This document shows positions 51,541-62,003 of a stretch of 64,000 bases of DNA, piece by piece. The stretch covers positions 1,329,778 to 1,393,777 of the forward strand of contig JAPOWR010000001.1 in assembly GCA_026707545.1 (NCBI GenBank), in the 5' to 3' direction. The first letter of the stretch is position 1; each line of letters starts with the position of its first letter. A model generated the notes under the pieces. That model was given only the letters and a program-made list of their open reading frames with translations, was not told where the DNA came from and made no database searches. Origin of the DNA: Acidobacteriota bacterium (GTDB taxonomy: Bacteria; Acidobacteriota; Thermoanaerobaculia; Multivoradales; Multivoraceae). The translations under genes were made by a program, and so were the position numbers.

Positions 51541-53729
51541 TCGTCACCGAGGGCGCCACCGAGCGCCCGATCCAGATCACTCACCACGGCGAGACGCAGC
51601 CGTTCTCCCGCGGGTTGCTCGCCCGCAGCCTCTACGCTGCCGGACTCGACTTCGACCGGGCCTACCGTCGGGTGGAGCAACTGCAGCGACAGTTGCAGCA
51701 CGAAGGCACGACCAGCCTCGAGAAGCGGCGTCTCGTACGGCGGATCGCCGACTTTCTGGACACGGAAGAGGGCTCAGACACCGCCGGTCGCTACCGGCTG
51801 ATCCGGCGCCTGCGGCGGCTGCCCAAACCCCTGATCCTCTACATCGGCGGCGCCGGCGGCACAGGGAAATCGACGCTGGCCCTCGACCTGGCGCCGCAAC
51901 TCCGCATCTACCGGATCAACGCCACCGACACCGTGCGTCAGGTGATGCGGATGGTGTTCGCGCCGGCGATTCTGCCGGCGCTTCACGTCTCGAGCTATGA
52001 GGCGGCAACGGACCCTTCCGCCGAACTTGCCGCGGGAGCCGCGAATCCACAACTCGCCACGCTCGAAGAGCAGGCGACCAGGGTATGCGTCGGCGTGCGG
52101 GCCGTGGTCGAAAGGGCGATCGCCGAGAACATCAGCCTCGTGGTCGAGGGAGTCCACCTCTCGCCCGGACTGGTTCCCTTCACCGACCTGGAGGGAGAGG
52201 CGTATCAGTTCTTCGTCGTTCTCTCCACCCCGGACGAGGAGGTTCATCGGAGTCACTTTCTGGCGCGCGAGACCTTCGACGGCCGGAAGTCGAGCCGGCA
52301 CCTGGATCACTTCACGGTGATTCGCGAACAGCAGGACCGCCTCCTGCACCTGGCCGGAGAGGCCGACATCCCCATCCTGGACACGACGGACCGCGAACAA
52401 TCGCTCTCGGCGGCCATCGCCCTGCTCGGACAGAGCCTCTCCCAGCGACTTCCCTGGCTGACCCAGGCATCGGTCGAGTCGCTCGGCGAACGACGCACGC
52501 CGGCTCTGCTCCTGGTGATCGACGGATTACCCGACCGGCCCCTGCGCTCGCTCGGTGCACGGACGCCCCTGGAGGCCGCCCGCACCCCGACTCTCGACCG
52601 GCTAGCCAGGGAAGGCGTCTGCGGTCTGGCCGACCCGGTGGCACCGGGCGTCGTTCCGGATACGGCCTCGGGCAACCTCGCCCTGTTCGCGCAGTCACCG
52701 CGGGTGATGACGCGTGGACCGATCGAGGCGCTCGGCGCCGGCCTCAAGCTGAAGGCGGGCACGATCGCCATTCGGGGCAACTTCGCCACCCTCGATGAAC
52801 GCGGCAGCGTCGTCGACCGCCGCGCCGGCCGCATCCGCGAGGACGCGAAGAAGCTGGCGAAGGCGATCGACAAGCTGGACCTTCCCGCTTCCGATCGGGT
52901 CAAGGTGCGCGTGCGGGCAACGACCGAGCATCGGCTCGCGATCACGCTGCGCGGAGGCGGGCTGACTTCGGCCATCCAGGGCTCCGACCCGGGCGAGGGG
53001 GCTCCGTCCGGGCCGCCCCTGGCGCCGCGACCCCTCGATCCCAACGACGACAGCGCCGAGCGAACCGCCCGTGTCCTCGCCCTGTTCGAACAGGAGGCCC
53101 GCCGGGTCCTGGCCCGGCACCCGGTCAATGAGAAACGCCTGGAGAACGGAAAGCTGGCGGCCAACGCCGTCCTCACCCGGGGCGTGGGCCGGGTCCACCG
53201 CCTGCTTCCCCTGGAACCCGGCGGGTTGCCGCTCGAAGCTGCCTGCGTCGGCGGCGACCGCACCGTGATGGGGATCGCCTCGGCGCTCGGCGCTTCCGTG
53301 ATCCGCCGCCGCGGCATGACCGCGAACGTGGATACGGACCTCTCGCTCAAGTTCGACTGCGCCCTGGAGGCGCTCGAGGAGCACGACCTGGTGATGGTCC
53401 ACGTCAAGGGCGCCGACATCGCCGCCCACGACCGCCGCCCCGATCTGAAGGTCGCCTTCCTGGAACGGCTCGACCGCGAACTGGGGACCCTGCTCGACCG
53501 GCTGGAGCAACCCGTCCGGGTCGCCGTGACGGCCGATCACGCCACCCTGTCTGAACTGGGCGCGCATGGCGCCGATCCCGTGCCGGTGCTGATCTGGGGT
53601 GAGGGGATCGCACCGGACGGCGTGACAAGTTACGGCGAGCGCGCCGCGGGAACCGGCAGGTTGAATCGGTTCCCGCTCCAGCTCCTGATCGAGCGTCTCT
53701 TCGAGCAGCACGGCAGCGAGACGATCTGA
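51498..53729 (+). CDS. Fusion protein: ATP-cone + 2-phosphoglycerate-kinase-like P-loop kinase + archaeal-type cofactor-independent phosphoglycerate mutase (ApgM-like) domain
   Basis: 743-aa ORF. ATP-cone-like segment PIQITHHGETQPFSRGLLARSL. P-loop LILYIGGAGGTGKST with a 2PGK-like kinase body. C-terminal ~400 aa with the ApgM pattern LLLVIDGLPDRP...TPLEAARTPTLDRLAREG. First codon of the ORF is TTG at 51498, overlapping nqrM by 43 nt. True start uncertain (an in-frame CTG at 51535 is an alternative). Confidence 0.6.
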   Translation: MLQLPAAPCAGGDLIVTEGATERPIQITHHGETQPFSRGLLARSLYAAGLDFDRAYRRVEQLQRQLQHEGTTSLEKRRLVRRIADFLDTEEGSDTAGRYRLIRRLRRLPKPLILYIGGAGGTGKSTLALDLAPQLRIYRINATDTVRQVMRMVFAPAILPALHVSSYEAATDPSAELAAGAANPQLATLEEQATRVCVGVRAVVERAIAENISLVVEGVHLSPGLVPFTDLEGEAYQFFVVLSTPDEEVHRSHFLARETFDGRKSSRHLDHFTVIREQQDRLLHLAGEADIPILDTTDREQSLSAAIALLGQSLSQRLPWLTQASVESLGERRTPALLLVIDGLPDRPLRSLGARTPLEAARTPTLDRLAREGVCGLADPVAPGVVPDTASGNLALFAQSPRVMTRGPIEALGAGLKLKAGTIAIRGNFATLDERGSVVDRRAGRIREDAKKLAKAIDKLDLPASDRVKVRVRATTEHRLAITLRGGGLTSAIQGSDPGEGAPSGPPLAPRPLDPNDDSAERTARVLALFEQEARRVLARHPVNEKRLENGKLAANAVLTRGVGRVHRLLPLEPGGLPLEAACVGGDRTVMGIASALGASVIRRRGMTANVDTDLSLKFDCALEALEEHDLVMVHVKGADIAAHDRRPDLKVAFLERLDRELGTLLDRLEQPVRVAVTADHATLSELGAHGADPVPVLIWGEGIAPDGVTSYGERAAGTGRLNRFPLQLLIERLFEQHGSETI

Positions 53730-54248
53730 GTGGCGAAGAAAGTCGAACGCCCTGTCCAGCGCCGTGCGGATCTTGCAGGCGGTCGCGGCTTCGCCTGCGT
53801 CGCCCTCGACCGACCTGCCGATCCCGTCAACGTCGGCCACGTCCTGCGGGCAGCGCTCTGCTTCCAGGCCCGGATGATCATCCTCGGCCAGCCATCGGAA
53901 CACATCGACGTCCGGCGGCTGCCGACCGATCCGACCCGCGCCTACCGGCACGTTCCGGTGATCGAGGTGGAGGATCTGCTCGAGGCAACTCCTCGCGACA
54001 CGGCCCTCGTCGCGGTGGAGATCGTTCCGGATGCGATCGCACTTCCCGATTTCGTTCACCCCGAGCGGGCCTGCTACGTGTTCGGGCCCGAGAGCGGTTC
54101 GGTTTCGGAGCGCATCCTGAAGCACAGCGACCATCGCCTTCGCGTTCCCACCGCGGTATCGCTGAACCTCGGCATGACGGTTGGCGTCGTGCTCTACGAC
54201 CGCTGCGCCGACCGCTGGCGCCGCAACCGACAGGAAGGGTCCGACTGA
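53730..54248 (+). CDS. TrmH/SpoU family RNA 2'-O-methyltransferase (TrmL-like)
   Basis: 172 aa. SPOUT fold motifs (DPVNVGHVLRAALCF, YVFGPESGSVSE). Confidence 0.65.
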   Translation: MAKKVERPVQRRADLAGGRGFACVALDRPADPVNVGHVLRAALCFQARMIILGQPSEHIDVRRLPTDPTRAYRHVPVIEVEDLLEATPRDTALVAVEIVPDAIALPDFVHPERACYVFGPESGSVSERILKHSDHRLRVPTAVSLNLGMTVGVVLYDRCADRWRRNRQEGSD

Positions 54249-54249
54249 G

Positions 54250-54942
54250 TCAGTTTTCGCCGGGCGATGTCGCCGTCTCGGCAAAGAGCGACAGCAGGGG
54301 AAGCCCGAGCCGCTCGCGCACCAGGCGGCGCACCAGACGCTGACGGAGATCCGGCAGCCTCTGCTCCTCCACTCGTCCCGCCGTCCGGCGCAGCGCTTCG
54401 TCGGCGCCCGCCACTACGGCCTCGCGGTCCGGGGCTGCCAGCGAGTCGAACGCCCGCGCGACCAGTTCGAGATCCAACTCCGCCAGTCTCGCCTCGATCT
54501 CCGGCGCCGGTCCGTCGAGCGCCAGGAGCCTGCGTCTTGTGGCGTCGACTCCCTGAAGCGAGGAGGGCAGGGCTGCCGCGAGTGCGACCAGCTTCCGAGG
54601 CACATCGATAGCCGGCGGCGGCCTTTGAACCGACGGTATCGGTCCCAGCTCCCGATGGACGGCCCATGCCTTCTCCACCGCCGGCCGGCAGTAGCGCAGA
54701 CTGCTCACCCGCCGCTTGGGCGCATCCGGCGAGGCGGCCGCCCGTTCGGCCCGCCGCGCGAACACTTCGCGGATGCTCTCGAGAACCAGGGTTAGCGGTA
54801 CGCCATCCCGCCGCCACTGCCGCGCAAGACGCCAGTCCGCCGGACTCAGCAGCAGGGGTGCTCCCCGCAGCCTGATGAACTCCTCCTCGATGACCTCGAA
54901 GTAGTCGCGGTCCCCGCTCCCGGGATCCGCTCCCGGCGTCAC
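54250..54942 (-). CDS. Hypothetical protein
   Basis: 230-aa ORF co-oriented with, and overlapping by 4 nt, the birA gene upstream. Acidic/helical. No motif I can assign. Confidence 0.35.
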   Translation of the reverse strand: MTPGADPGSGDRDYFEVIEEEFIRLRGAPLLLSPADWRLARQWRRDGVPLTLVLESIREVFARRAERAAASPDAPKRRVSSLRYCRPAVEKAWAVHRELGPIPSVQRPPPAIDVPRKLVALAAALPSSLQGVDATRRRLLALDGPAPEIEARLAELDLELVARAFDSLAAPDREAVVAGADEALRRTAGRVEEQRLPDLRQRLVRRLVRERLGLPLLSLFAETATSPGEN

Positions 54943-55757
54943 GCCTCGATGACCTCGCCCGACGCGATCGTGCGCAGGCCGGCCGGCGTCTCGAGGCGGA
55001 AGCGTCCGCCGTCGTCGAAGCCGGCGAACCGGCCCGAAACCGTCTCGCCGCCGATCCGGCAGCTCACTTCGTCGCCCTCGCGATGGATCGTGCAGCGGCG
55101 GTAGGAATCCAGGGTGTACTCCAAATCACCCGCACGACCCAGCTCGCATTCCATCGAACTGGCGAGCCGTGCGACGGCGGCCGCCCGCGAAGGCGGCCTT
55201 CCGGTTTCGAGCGCGATCGATGTTGACACGGGCGTCGGCAGCTCGCCTGCTGTGCCGAAGTCGTAGTTCACGCCGAAACCGATCACGGCCACGGTCTCTC
55301 CCCCGCCGCCGACTACCGTCTCGATCAGGACGCCCGCGATCTTGCGGCCCTCCACGAGCACGTCGTTGGGCCACTTGAGGCCCGCTCGCCCGTCGACGAA
55401 GTCCGTCACCGCACGGCACACGCCGATGCCGGCGAGAAGGGGCAGCGACCCGAGCTGATCCTCCAGGGGGCCAGCTCCCGCGATCGGCAACGGCTGCAGC
55501 CAGGTGCAGTAGAGACCCCGTTCCGCGGTGCTGACCCAGGAGCGGCCCTGTCGACCCCGACCCGCCGTCTGCTCGAAGGCCACGACCAGGGCAGGCTGCG
55601 GCATCGACTCTTCCTCGAAAAACCGCTCCGCGAGTGTCTTGACGAAGCGGTTCGTCGAATCGACGGTATCCATCAACACGAAGTTTCCCGCCAGGCGCGG
55701 CGACCAGGCCAGCAGTTCCCCGGTGAACTGGTCGAATGCCTCGGAGCGGTCCGCCAT
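54939..55757 (-). CDS. birA: Biotin--[acetyl-CoA-carboxylase] ligase
   Basis: Start at MADRSEAFDQF (ATG 55757..55755). BirA catalytic motifs (FEQTAGRGRQGRSW, KWPNDVLVEGRKIAGVLIE). About 272 aa. Confidence 0.8.
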   Translation of the reverse strand: MADRSEAFDQFTGELLAWSPRLAGNFVLMDTVDSTNRFVKTLAERFFEEESMPQPALVVAFEQTAGRGRQGRSWVSTAERGLYCTWLQPLPIAGAGPLEDQLGSLPLLAGIGVCRAVTDFVDGRAGLKWPNDVLVEGRKIAGVLIETVVGGGGETVAVIGFGVNYDFGTAGELPTPVSTSIALETGRPPSRAAAVARLASSMECELGRAGDLEYTLDSYRRCTIHREGDEVSCRIGGETVSGRFAGFDDGGRFRLETPAGLRTIASGEVIEA

Positions 55758-55785
55758 CGGGGCGCGAAGGCTAGCAGCACTCACA

Positions 55786-58455
55786 CTAGTGGCCGAGCGC
55801 CTCGGACACCCGTTGGCGACGTTCCTCGAGTTCGGCGAGGCGCGCGCGGTTGCCCTCGACCACGTGGACCGGAGCCTTCTCGAGGAACCCGGTGTTCGAG
55901 AGTCGGCCCCGGGCCCCGGCAATCTCGGCATCGATCTTCTGCAGGTCCCTGGCGAGTTTCGCGCGCTCGGACTCGCTCATCGCAGGAACCTCGACCTCGA
56001 ACGCGAGATTCACTCCCCCGACCCGGTCCCGGACCGACCCGGCCGGCCCCCTGCCGGCTGTGACCTGACCGACACCGGCCACCGCGTCCAGCAGGGATGC
56101 CTGGTCGACGACGAAGGCGATCAGGTCCCGGTCGCCGTCCTCGACGAAGACGGACATCTTCGCCGCCGCGGCGAGGTTCCGCTCGCGGCGCAGACTCCGG
56201 GCCGCCTGGACGGCGGCGATCACGACGTCCATGCCGCGCTCCACGTCGTCCGAAACTAGGTCGTCGTCGCCCAGCGGGTAGGCCTGAAGCGCGATGCTCT
56301 CCGGCTCCCCGGAGCCCGGAGCCGTGGCTCGCGGCAGGCGCTGCCAGAGCTCCTCCGTCAAGTGCGGCATCACCGGATGGAGCAGCCGCAGGCTCGATTC
56401 GATCGCGAACAGAACCGTCTCGGCGACCCGCGGCCTGGGCGCCCTTCCCGAGAGGGCCGGCTTCGCGAACTCGATGTACCAGTCGCAGAGCTCGTGCCAG
56501 AAGAAGTAGTAGAGCGCGTTGCAGGCACGGTCGAAACGAAACTCCTCCAGGGCCTCGTTGACCGCGGCCGCGGTCGCTGACAGGCGCGAGAGGATCCACC
56601 TTTCGGGCGCCGCCAGGTCGTCACCGAGCAACTCGGCGGCCGACCCTGGAACGCTGGCCCCTTCGGTCCGTGCCAGCGCGAACCGGACCGCGTTCCAGAT
56701 CTTGTTGCCGAAGGCGCGATAGCCCGCCATCCGCTCGAGGTCGAGCGGAATGTCGCGTCCCGGAACGTCGAGCACCGCCAGCGTGAAGCGCATTGCATCG
56801 GCCCCGTACTCCTCGACCAGGTCCATCGGGTCGACCGTGTTGCCCTTCATCTTCGACATCTTCTCGCCCCGCGCGTCCCGCACCAGACCGGTCAGATGGA
56901 CGGCGCGGAACGGCACGTCGCCGCAGAAGTGCTGCGAGAGCATGACCATGCGGGCGACCCAGAAGAACAGGATGTCGAATCCCGTGATCAGCACGTCCGT
57001 CGGGTACCAGGTCTGCAGGTCCGGGGCATCCCGGTCGGGCCAGCCGAGGGTCGACAGCGGCCAGAGCCCCGACGAGAACCAGGTGTCCAGCACGTCGGGG
57101 TCGCGGGTCAGTTCGTCCGTGCCGGCCAGTTCCTCGGCCTCCCGGCGGTCCATCGCGACGTAACAGGCCCCGTCGCGGTCGTACCAGGCCGGAATGCGGT
57201 GTCCCCACCAGAGCTGCCGCGAGATGACCCACGGCCGGATGTTGCGCAGCCAGTGTTCCCAGGTCTTGTCCCAGGTGTCGGGGATCAGCTCCAACCGCCC
57301 GTCCTCGACGGCGGCGAGCGCCTCCTTCGCCATGCCCGAAACATCGGCGAACCACTGCGGCGACAGCATCGGCTCGATCGGTTCCCCGCTCCGCTGCGAG
57401 TGGCCCACGCTGTGGACGTGCCGCTCGGTCCCGACCAGGCGCCCCTCCGCTTCGAGCCGTTCGACCACCCGCCGCCGGGCTTCCAGGCGGTCCAGGCCTT
57501 CGAAGTCGGCACCGGCCTCGGCCGTCATCCGCCCGTCCAGGCCGATCACGCGCACGCCCGGGAGATCGTGCCTGCGCGCGATCTCGTAGTCGTTCGGGTC
57601 ATGAAACGGCGTGACCTTGACCAGTCCGGTGCCGAACTCCGGGTCGACGTATTCATCGGCGACCAGCCGCAGACGCCGCCCCAGGATCGGCAGCCGTGCG
57701 AAGCGGCCTCCGAGGCGTCGGTAGCGATCGTCGTCTGGATGGAAGGCAACCGCGGTATCGCCCAGCATCGTCTCCGGCCGTGTCGTCGCGACGATCAACG
57801 GTTCTTCGGGGACGCTACCGCTGCCTTCCTCCGGCTCCAGCGGATACGCCAGGTGGTAGAGCTTGCCCTCGACCTCCCGGTTCTCCACTTCCAGGTCCGA
57901 CACCGCCGTCTGCAGGACCGGCGACCAGTTGACCATGTGCTCGCCGCGGTAGATCAGGTCCTCGCGGTACAGCTCGACGAAGGCGGTCCGCACGGCGTGC
58001 GCGAGGCGTTCGTCCAGGGTGAACCGCTCTCGAGACCAGTCGCAGGAAGCCCCCAGCCGCTGCAGCTGGCCCCGGATGTTCGAGTGGTACTCATCCTTCC
58101 AGCGCCATACGCGCTCAACGAACTTCTCGCGGCCGAGTTCGACCCGGCTCGATCCCTGTAGCTCCAGGTGCCGCTCGACCATCAGTTGGGTCGCGATGCC
58201 GGCGTGGTCCGTGCCGGGAAGCCAGAGGGCGTTGTCGCCCCGCATCCGCCGCCAGCGGGTCACCAGGTCCTGGAGCGTGCTCTGCAGCGCGTGCCCGATG
58301 TGCAGCCTGCCGGTCACGTTCGGCGGCGGAATCAGGATGCAGTAGGGAGCCGGTCCCCTCCGTTCGGGATCCTCCGGGCAACGGAACAGATCCCGCTCCG
58401 CCCACCACGCCTGCCACTTGCCCTCGTAGGACGCCGGGTCGAAGCGCTTCTTCAC
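55786..58455 (-). CDS. valS: Valine--tRNA ligase
   Basis: 889 aa. HIGH ([13 protein letters not shown]) and KMSKM (KMSKMKGN) class I motifs. C-terminal coiled-coil. Confidence 0.95.
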   Translation of the reverse strand: MKKRFDPASYEGKWQAWWAERDLFRCPEDPERRGPAPYCILIPPPNVTGRLHIGHALQSTLQDLVTRWRRMRGDNALWLPGTDHAGIATQLMVERHLELQGSSRVELGREKFVERVWRWKDEYHSNIRGQLQRLGASCDWSRERFTLDERLAHAVRTAFVELYREDLIYRGEHMVNWSPVLQTAVSDLEVENREVEGKLYHLAYPLEPEEGSGSVPEEPLIVATTRPETMLGDTAVAFHPDDDRYRRLGGRFARLPILGRRLRLVADEYVDPEFGTGLVKVTPFHDPNDYEIARRHDLPGVRVIGLDGRMTAEAGADFEGLDRLEARRRVVERLEAEGRLVGTERHVHSVGHSQRSGEPIEPMLSPQWFADVSGMAKEALAAVEDGRLELIPDTWDKTWEHWLRNIRPWVISRQLWWGHRIPAWYDRDGACYVAMDRREAEELAGTDELTRDPDVLDTWFSSGLWPLSTLGWPDRDAPDLQTWYPTDVLITGFDILFFWVARMVMLSQHFCGDVPFRAVHLTGLVRDARGEKMSKMKGNTVDPMDLVEEYGADAMRFTLAVLDVPGRDIPLDLERMAGYRAFGNKIWNAVRFALARTEGASVPGSAAELLGDDLAAPERWILSRLSATAAAVNEALEEFRFDRACNALYYFFWHELCDWYIEFAKPALSGRAPRPRVAETVLFAIESSLRLLHPVMPHLTEELWQRLPRATAPGSGEPESIALQAYPLGDDDLVSDDVERGMDVVIAAVQAARSLRRERNLAAAAKMSVFVEDGDRDLIAFVVDQASLLDAVAGVGQVTAGRGPAGSVRDRVGGVNLAFEVEVPAMSESERAKLARDLQKIDAEIAGARGRLSNTGFLEKAPVHVVEGNRARLAELEERRQRVSEALGH

Positions 58456-58871
58456 GGCGGCCCGAGTCGGTGGTTCAGGTACTCGATGATCTCGGCAGTG
58501 CTCGAGCCCGGGGGAAAGACCTCGTCCACACCGGCCGCTCTGAGTCCCCCGATGTCCCGTTCCGGAACGATGCCGCCCGCGAACACCAGGACGTCGTCCG
58601 CATCCGCCGCTCTGAGCCCGTCGACGACTTCGGGGAGCAGGGTGTTGTGGGCCCCGGACAGGATGGACAGACCGACGGCGCGGACATCCTCCTGCACGGC
58701 CGCGGCGACGATCTGCTCCGGTGTCTTGCGCAAACCGGTGTAGATCACCTCGAAGCCGGCATCCCGCAACGCCCGGGCGACGACCTTCGCGCCCCGATCG
58801 TGGCCGTCGAGCCCGGGCTTGGCGACCAGAATCCGGTGCGGGGTCATAGCGCCTGGGCGCTCCGCGCTCAC
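58452..58871 (-). CDS. Cobalamin (B12)-binding domain protein (methylmalonyl-CoA-mutase small-subunit-like)
   Basis: 139 aa (or 131 aa from [27 protein letters not shown]). DxHxxG B12-binding signature. 4-nt overlaps with valS downstream and with the response regulator upstream. Confidence 0.75.
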   Translation of the reverse strand: MSAERPGAMTPHRILVAKPGLDGHDRGAKVVARALRDAGFEVIYTGLRKTPEQIVAAAVQEDVRAVGLSILSGAHNTLLPEVVDGLRAADADDVLVFAGGIVPERDIGGLRAAGVDEVFPPGSSTAEIIEYLNHRLGPP

Positions 58872-60223
58872 GCGGGTTCCTCCCGCCGCAGACCGTGCAG
58901 ATCCATCTTCTTGTACAGGTTGCTTCGCGGCGTTCCGATCGCCTTGGCGGTCCGGGTCACGTTCCAGCCATATTCCTCGAGTTTCTTCGCCAGGTAGAGA
59001 CGTTCAGCGCTCTCCCTGAACTCCCGCAGCGTCGAAACCGCGAGAATAGCCTCCGACAACTCCCCACGCTCCGGGCCGGCGAGCCGGAGCACGTCTCCGC
59101 GGTCTATCTCGTCGCCGGGCGTCAGGATCAGCAGACGCTCCACCAGGTTCTTCAGTTCGCGCACGTTGCCACGCCACGGCATTGCCTGCAGTTGCCGGGT
59201 CGCCTCGCCTGTCAGGGTCTTGGGCCGGTAGTTGTTCTCCGCCGCGAAGCGCTCGATGAAGTGATCGACCAAGAGCGGCAGGTCGTCCAGACGCTCCCGT
59301 AGCGGCGGCGCATGAACCGGGACGACGTTGAGCCGGTAGAAGAGGTCCTCGCGGAAGCGGCCCTCCTCGATTTCGGCCAGCAGATCCCGGTGGGTCGCCG
59401 CCACCACCCGGACATCGACGGTGACCGTAGTACGGGCGCCGACCGGCTCGATCTCGCCGCTCTGCAGCGCCCGCAGCACCTTCGCCTGGGTCCGGGCGGA
59501 CATGTCCCCCACCTCGTCCAGGAAGATCGTGCCACCGTCCGCGGCCGTGAACTTGCCGATCTGGCGGCGCACGGCGCCGGTGAAAGCGCCCCTCTCGTGG
59601 CCGAACAGCTCGGACTCGATCAGTTCGTCCGGAATCGCGGCGCAGTTCACCTGCACCAGCGGCATGTCGCTGCGCGGGCTGCCGGCATGGATGGCTCGCG
59701 CCACGAGTTCCTTGCCGACGCCACTCTCGCCGGTGATCAGAACCGTGGCCGGAGTCGGCGCGGCCCGCTCGATCACGGCCCGCAGCTCCCGCATCGCGGC
59801 GGACTCGCCCACCAACTCGAACGGCGCCCCACGCAGCAGCCGGTTCTCGTCCTCGAGCCGCTGGCGCTCGACGGCGTTTCGCAGCGCCAGGAGCACCCGG
59901 TCCCGTTCGAGCGGTTTCTCCAGGAAGTCGTATGCTCCAAGCCGGGTCGCCTCGACCGCGGCCGCGATGTCGCCGTGACCGCTGATCATCACGACCGGCA
60001 TGTCGTGACCGCGTTCCCTGAGGCGCGAAAGCGTGGCCAGGCCGTCCATCTCGGGCATCTTGATGTCCAGCAGGACGGCCGCTGGAGGCCGCATCATCAC
60101 CCGGCGCAGTGCCTCCCTGCCGGTCGACGCCTCCTCGACCCGGTAGCGCTCGAACTCGAGGATCATCCGCAGCGAGCTTCGGATCGACTCCTCGTCGTCG
60201 ACCACGAGCACCCGAGGGGCCAT
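58868..60223 (-). CDS. Sigma-54-dependent response regulator (NtrC family: REC + AAA+ + Fis-type HTH)
   Basis: 451 aa. REC domain with D at LLDIKMP; sigma54-interaction domain (GESGVGKE Walker A, GAFTGA motif); C-terminal HTH. Confidence 0.85.
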   Translation of the reverse strand: MAPRVLVVDDEESIRSSLRMILEFERYRVEEASTGREALRRVMMRPPAAVLLDIKMPEMDGLATLSRLRERGHDMPVVMISGHGDIAAAVEATRLGAYDFLEKPLERDRVLLALRNAVERQRLEDENRLLRGAPFELVGESAAMRELRAVIERAAPTPATVLITGESGVGKELVARAIHAGSPRSDMPLVQVNCAAIPDELIESELFGHERGAFTGAVRRQIGKFTAADGGTIFLDEVGDMSARTQAKVLRALQSGEIEPVGARTTVTVDVRVVAATHRDLLAEIEEGRFREDLFYRLNVVPVHAPPLRERLDDLPLLVDHFIERFAAENNYRPKTLTGEATRQLQAMPWRGNVRELKNLVERLLILTPGDEIDRGDVLRLAGPERGELSEAILAVSTLREFRESAERLYLAKKLEEYGWNVTRTAKAIGTPRSNLYKKMDLHGLRREEPA

Positions 60224-60228
60224 GGGCG

Positions 60229-61749
60229 TCAGGGGACTTCGATGACCGAGAAGAACCGCTGTGGGCCGGAAGTCCCGGGAATCACTGCCTCCACACGGAT
60301 CAGGTCTCCGGTCTCGAGATCGGCCGTCGCCGCCTTCAGGTCGTCCAGATCGCGAATCTCGGCGTCTTCGATCCCGGTGATCACGACGCCGGGCTGGAAG
60401 CCCCTCTCGGCGAAGACGCTACGGGCCGAGACGTCCGAGACGTAGACGCCCCGCTGGCGCCGGTCCAGCCCCACGCGCTCGCGGAGATTCGCGGTCAGCG
60501 GCTGCAACTCGAGACCCAGCCACTCCATGCCTTCGCCCCGCGTCGGGGCCGGTCTCGCGGGGCTGCTCTCGGCAACCTGCGGTGGACGTTCCTCCAGCAG
60601 GACATCCAGTGTGATCCGCCGGTTCTCACGGAGGACCTCCAGCTCGACGCTCTCGCCGGGCGGCAGCGCCGCGACGTAGTCGATCAGGTCGCGGGTGCCG
60701 ACGACATCGTGGTCGTCGACGCGCAGGATCACGTCTCCGGACTCGACACCGGCCTTCTTCGCGGGAGTGTCCTCCACCACCTGCTGCACGAAGGCGCCAT
60801 GCGGTTCGTCCAGTTCGTAGTAGCGGGCTTCGATGTGCTCCAGGTCGCGGATCTGCACGCCGAGATAGCCGCGCCTCACCCTGCCCTCGTCGCGTAACTG
60901 CGGAAGGACTCCCTCCAGCACGTCGACCGGTACCGCGAAGCCGATGTTCTCGGCCCACGCCATCGCTGTGGCGATGCCGACGACCTCGCCCGCGGTGTTG
61001 ACCAGCGGCCCCCCGGAGTTGCCCCGGTTGATCGCCGCGTCGGTCTGGATGTAGTTCGCGAAGCTCGTGGGTCCGCCCTCGATCGGGAAGGAGCGACCCT
61101 TGGCGCTGACGACGCCCACGGTCACGGACGCCTCGAAGCTCAGGGGGCTGCCGATCGCCATGATCCAGTCTCCGACCCTCAGTTCGTCCGAGTCTCCGAG
61201 CGGCAGGAACGGCAGCTCCTCGTCCACATCGATCTTGATCAGGGCAAGATCGGTCTCCCGGTCGCGGCCCCGGACCTCGGCCTCGTACTCGCGGCCGTCG
61301 AGACGGACCGTGATGTCGTCCGCTTCGTCGATCACGTGGTTGTTCGTCACGATCCAGCCGTCGGCGGAGATCAGGAAACCGCTGCCGGCGCCCTGGAGCC
61401 GCTGTTCGTCGGGCTCAGGCTCGCCTTGTGGCTGCCGCTGGAACGGGTTGCGCCGGAAGAAAAAACCGGGGCCGGAGCTCTCTTCGATCCTCGCGACTTC
61501 GACCGTGACCACCGCCGGCAGCACCGCTTCCGCCAGATCGGCGAAGCTCTCGATCGACGTCCTGGCATGACGTTCGACCCGTCTCGCCTGTTCGCGGCGG
61601 GAGTCTTCTTCCGCGGCCTCAGCACTCCGGCCGGCCTCTTCCGCCCGCGTCGGTTCCGTGAGATTCAGGCCACCCGCGATGATCATGCCGAACACCAGGG
61701 CGCCGAACACCATCAGGGCGGTCAGGAGGAGCTGTTTCTTCGTATTCAT
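60229..61749 (-). CDS. htrA: DegP/HtrA (Do) family periplasmic serine endoprotease with PDZ domains
   Basis: Start at MNTKKQLLLTALMVFGALVF (ATG 61749..61747). Catalytic triad context (TNNHV, DLALIKI, GNSGGPL). Two PDZ domains. Confidence 0.85.
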   Translation of the reverse strand: MNTKKQLLLTALMVFGALVFGMIIAGGLNLTEPTRAEEAGRSAEAAEEDSRREQARRVERHARTSIESFADLAEAVLPAVVTVEVARIEESSGPGFFFRRNPFQRQPQGEPEPDEQRLQGAGSGFLISADGWIVTNNHVIDEADDITVRLDGREYEAEVRGRDRETDLALIKIDVDEELPFLPLGDSDELRVGDWIMAIGSPLSFEASVTVGVVSAKGRSFPIEGGPTSFANYIQTDAAINRGNSGGPLVNTAGEVVGIATAMAWAENIGFAVPVDVLEGVLPQLRDEGRVRRGYLGVQIRDLEHIEARYYELDEPHGAFVQQVVEDTPAKKAGVESGDVILRVDDHDVVGTRDLIDYVAALPPGESVELEVLRENRRITLDVLLEERPPQVAESSPARPAPTRGEGMEWLGLELQPLTANLRERVGLDRRQRGVYVSDVSARSVFAERGFQPGVVITGIEDAEIRDLDDLKAATADLETGDLIRVEAVIPGTSGPQRFFSVIEVP

Positions 61750-61869
61750 CGTCAGGAGTACCTCGCTCAATAGGGAAAGCATACAACCGTACCGGCCACC
61801 CGTTGCCAAGCGCACCGGCCGGCCATCTCACTCGGGTGCAATCCACTTGCCAACGTTGCTGTTGCCCCG

Positions 61870-61899
61870 CCCCAACCATCGGTTGTATAGTCGACACCC
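61870..61899 (+). promoter_or_regulatory. Candidate sigma70-type promoter for rimP-nusA-infB (TTGCCC - 18 bp - TATAGT)
   Basis: A -35-like hexamer at 61870..61875 and a -10-like TATAGT at 61894..61899, ~105 bp upstream of the rimP ATG. Sequence-only inference. Confidence 0.3.
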
Positions 61900-62003
61900 G
61901 ACTGCCGGCGCTCTCCCTTCCGGGACGCGAATCCGCCGAAAACCGGCAGCCGGTTGCTGAGAGTGGGTGCTTCGGCCCGCTCTCTTTTGTTTAGGGACGT
62001 TGT

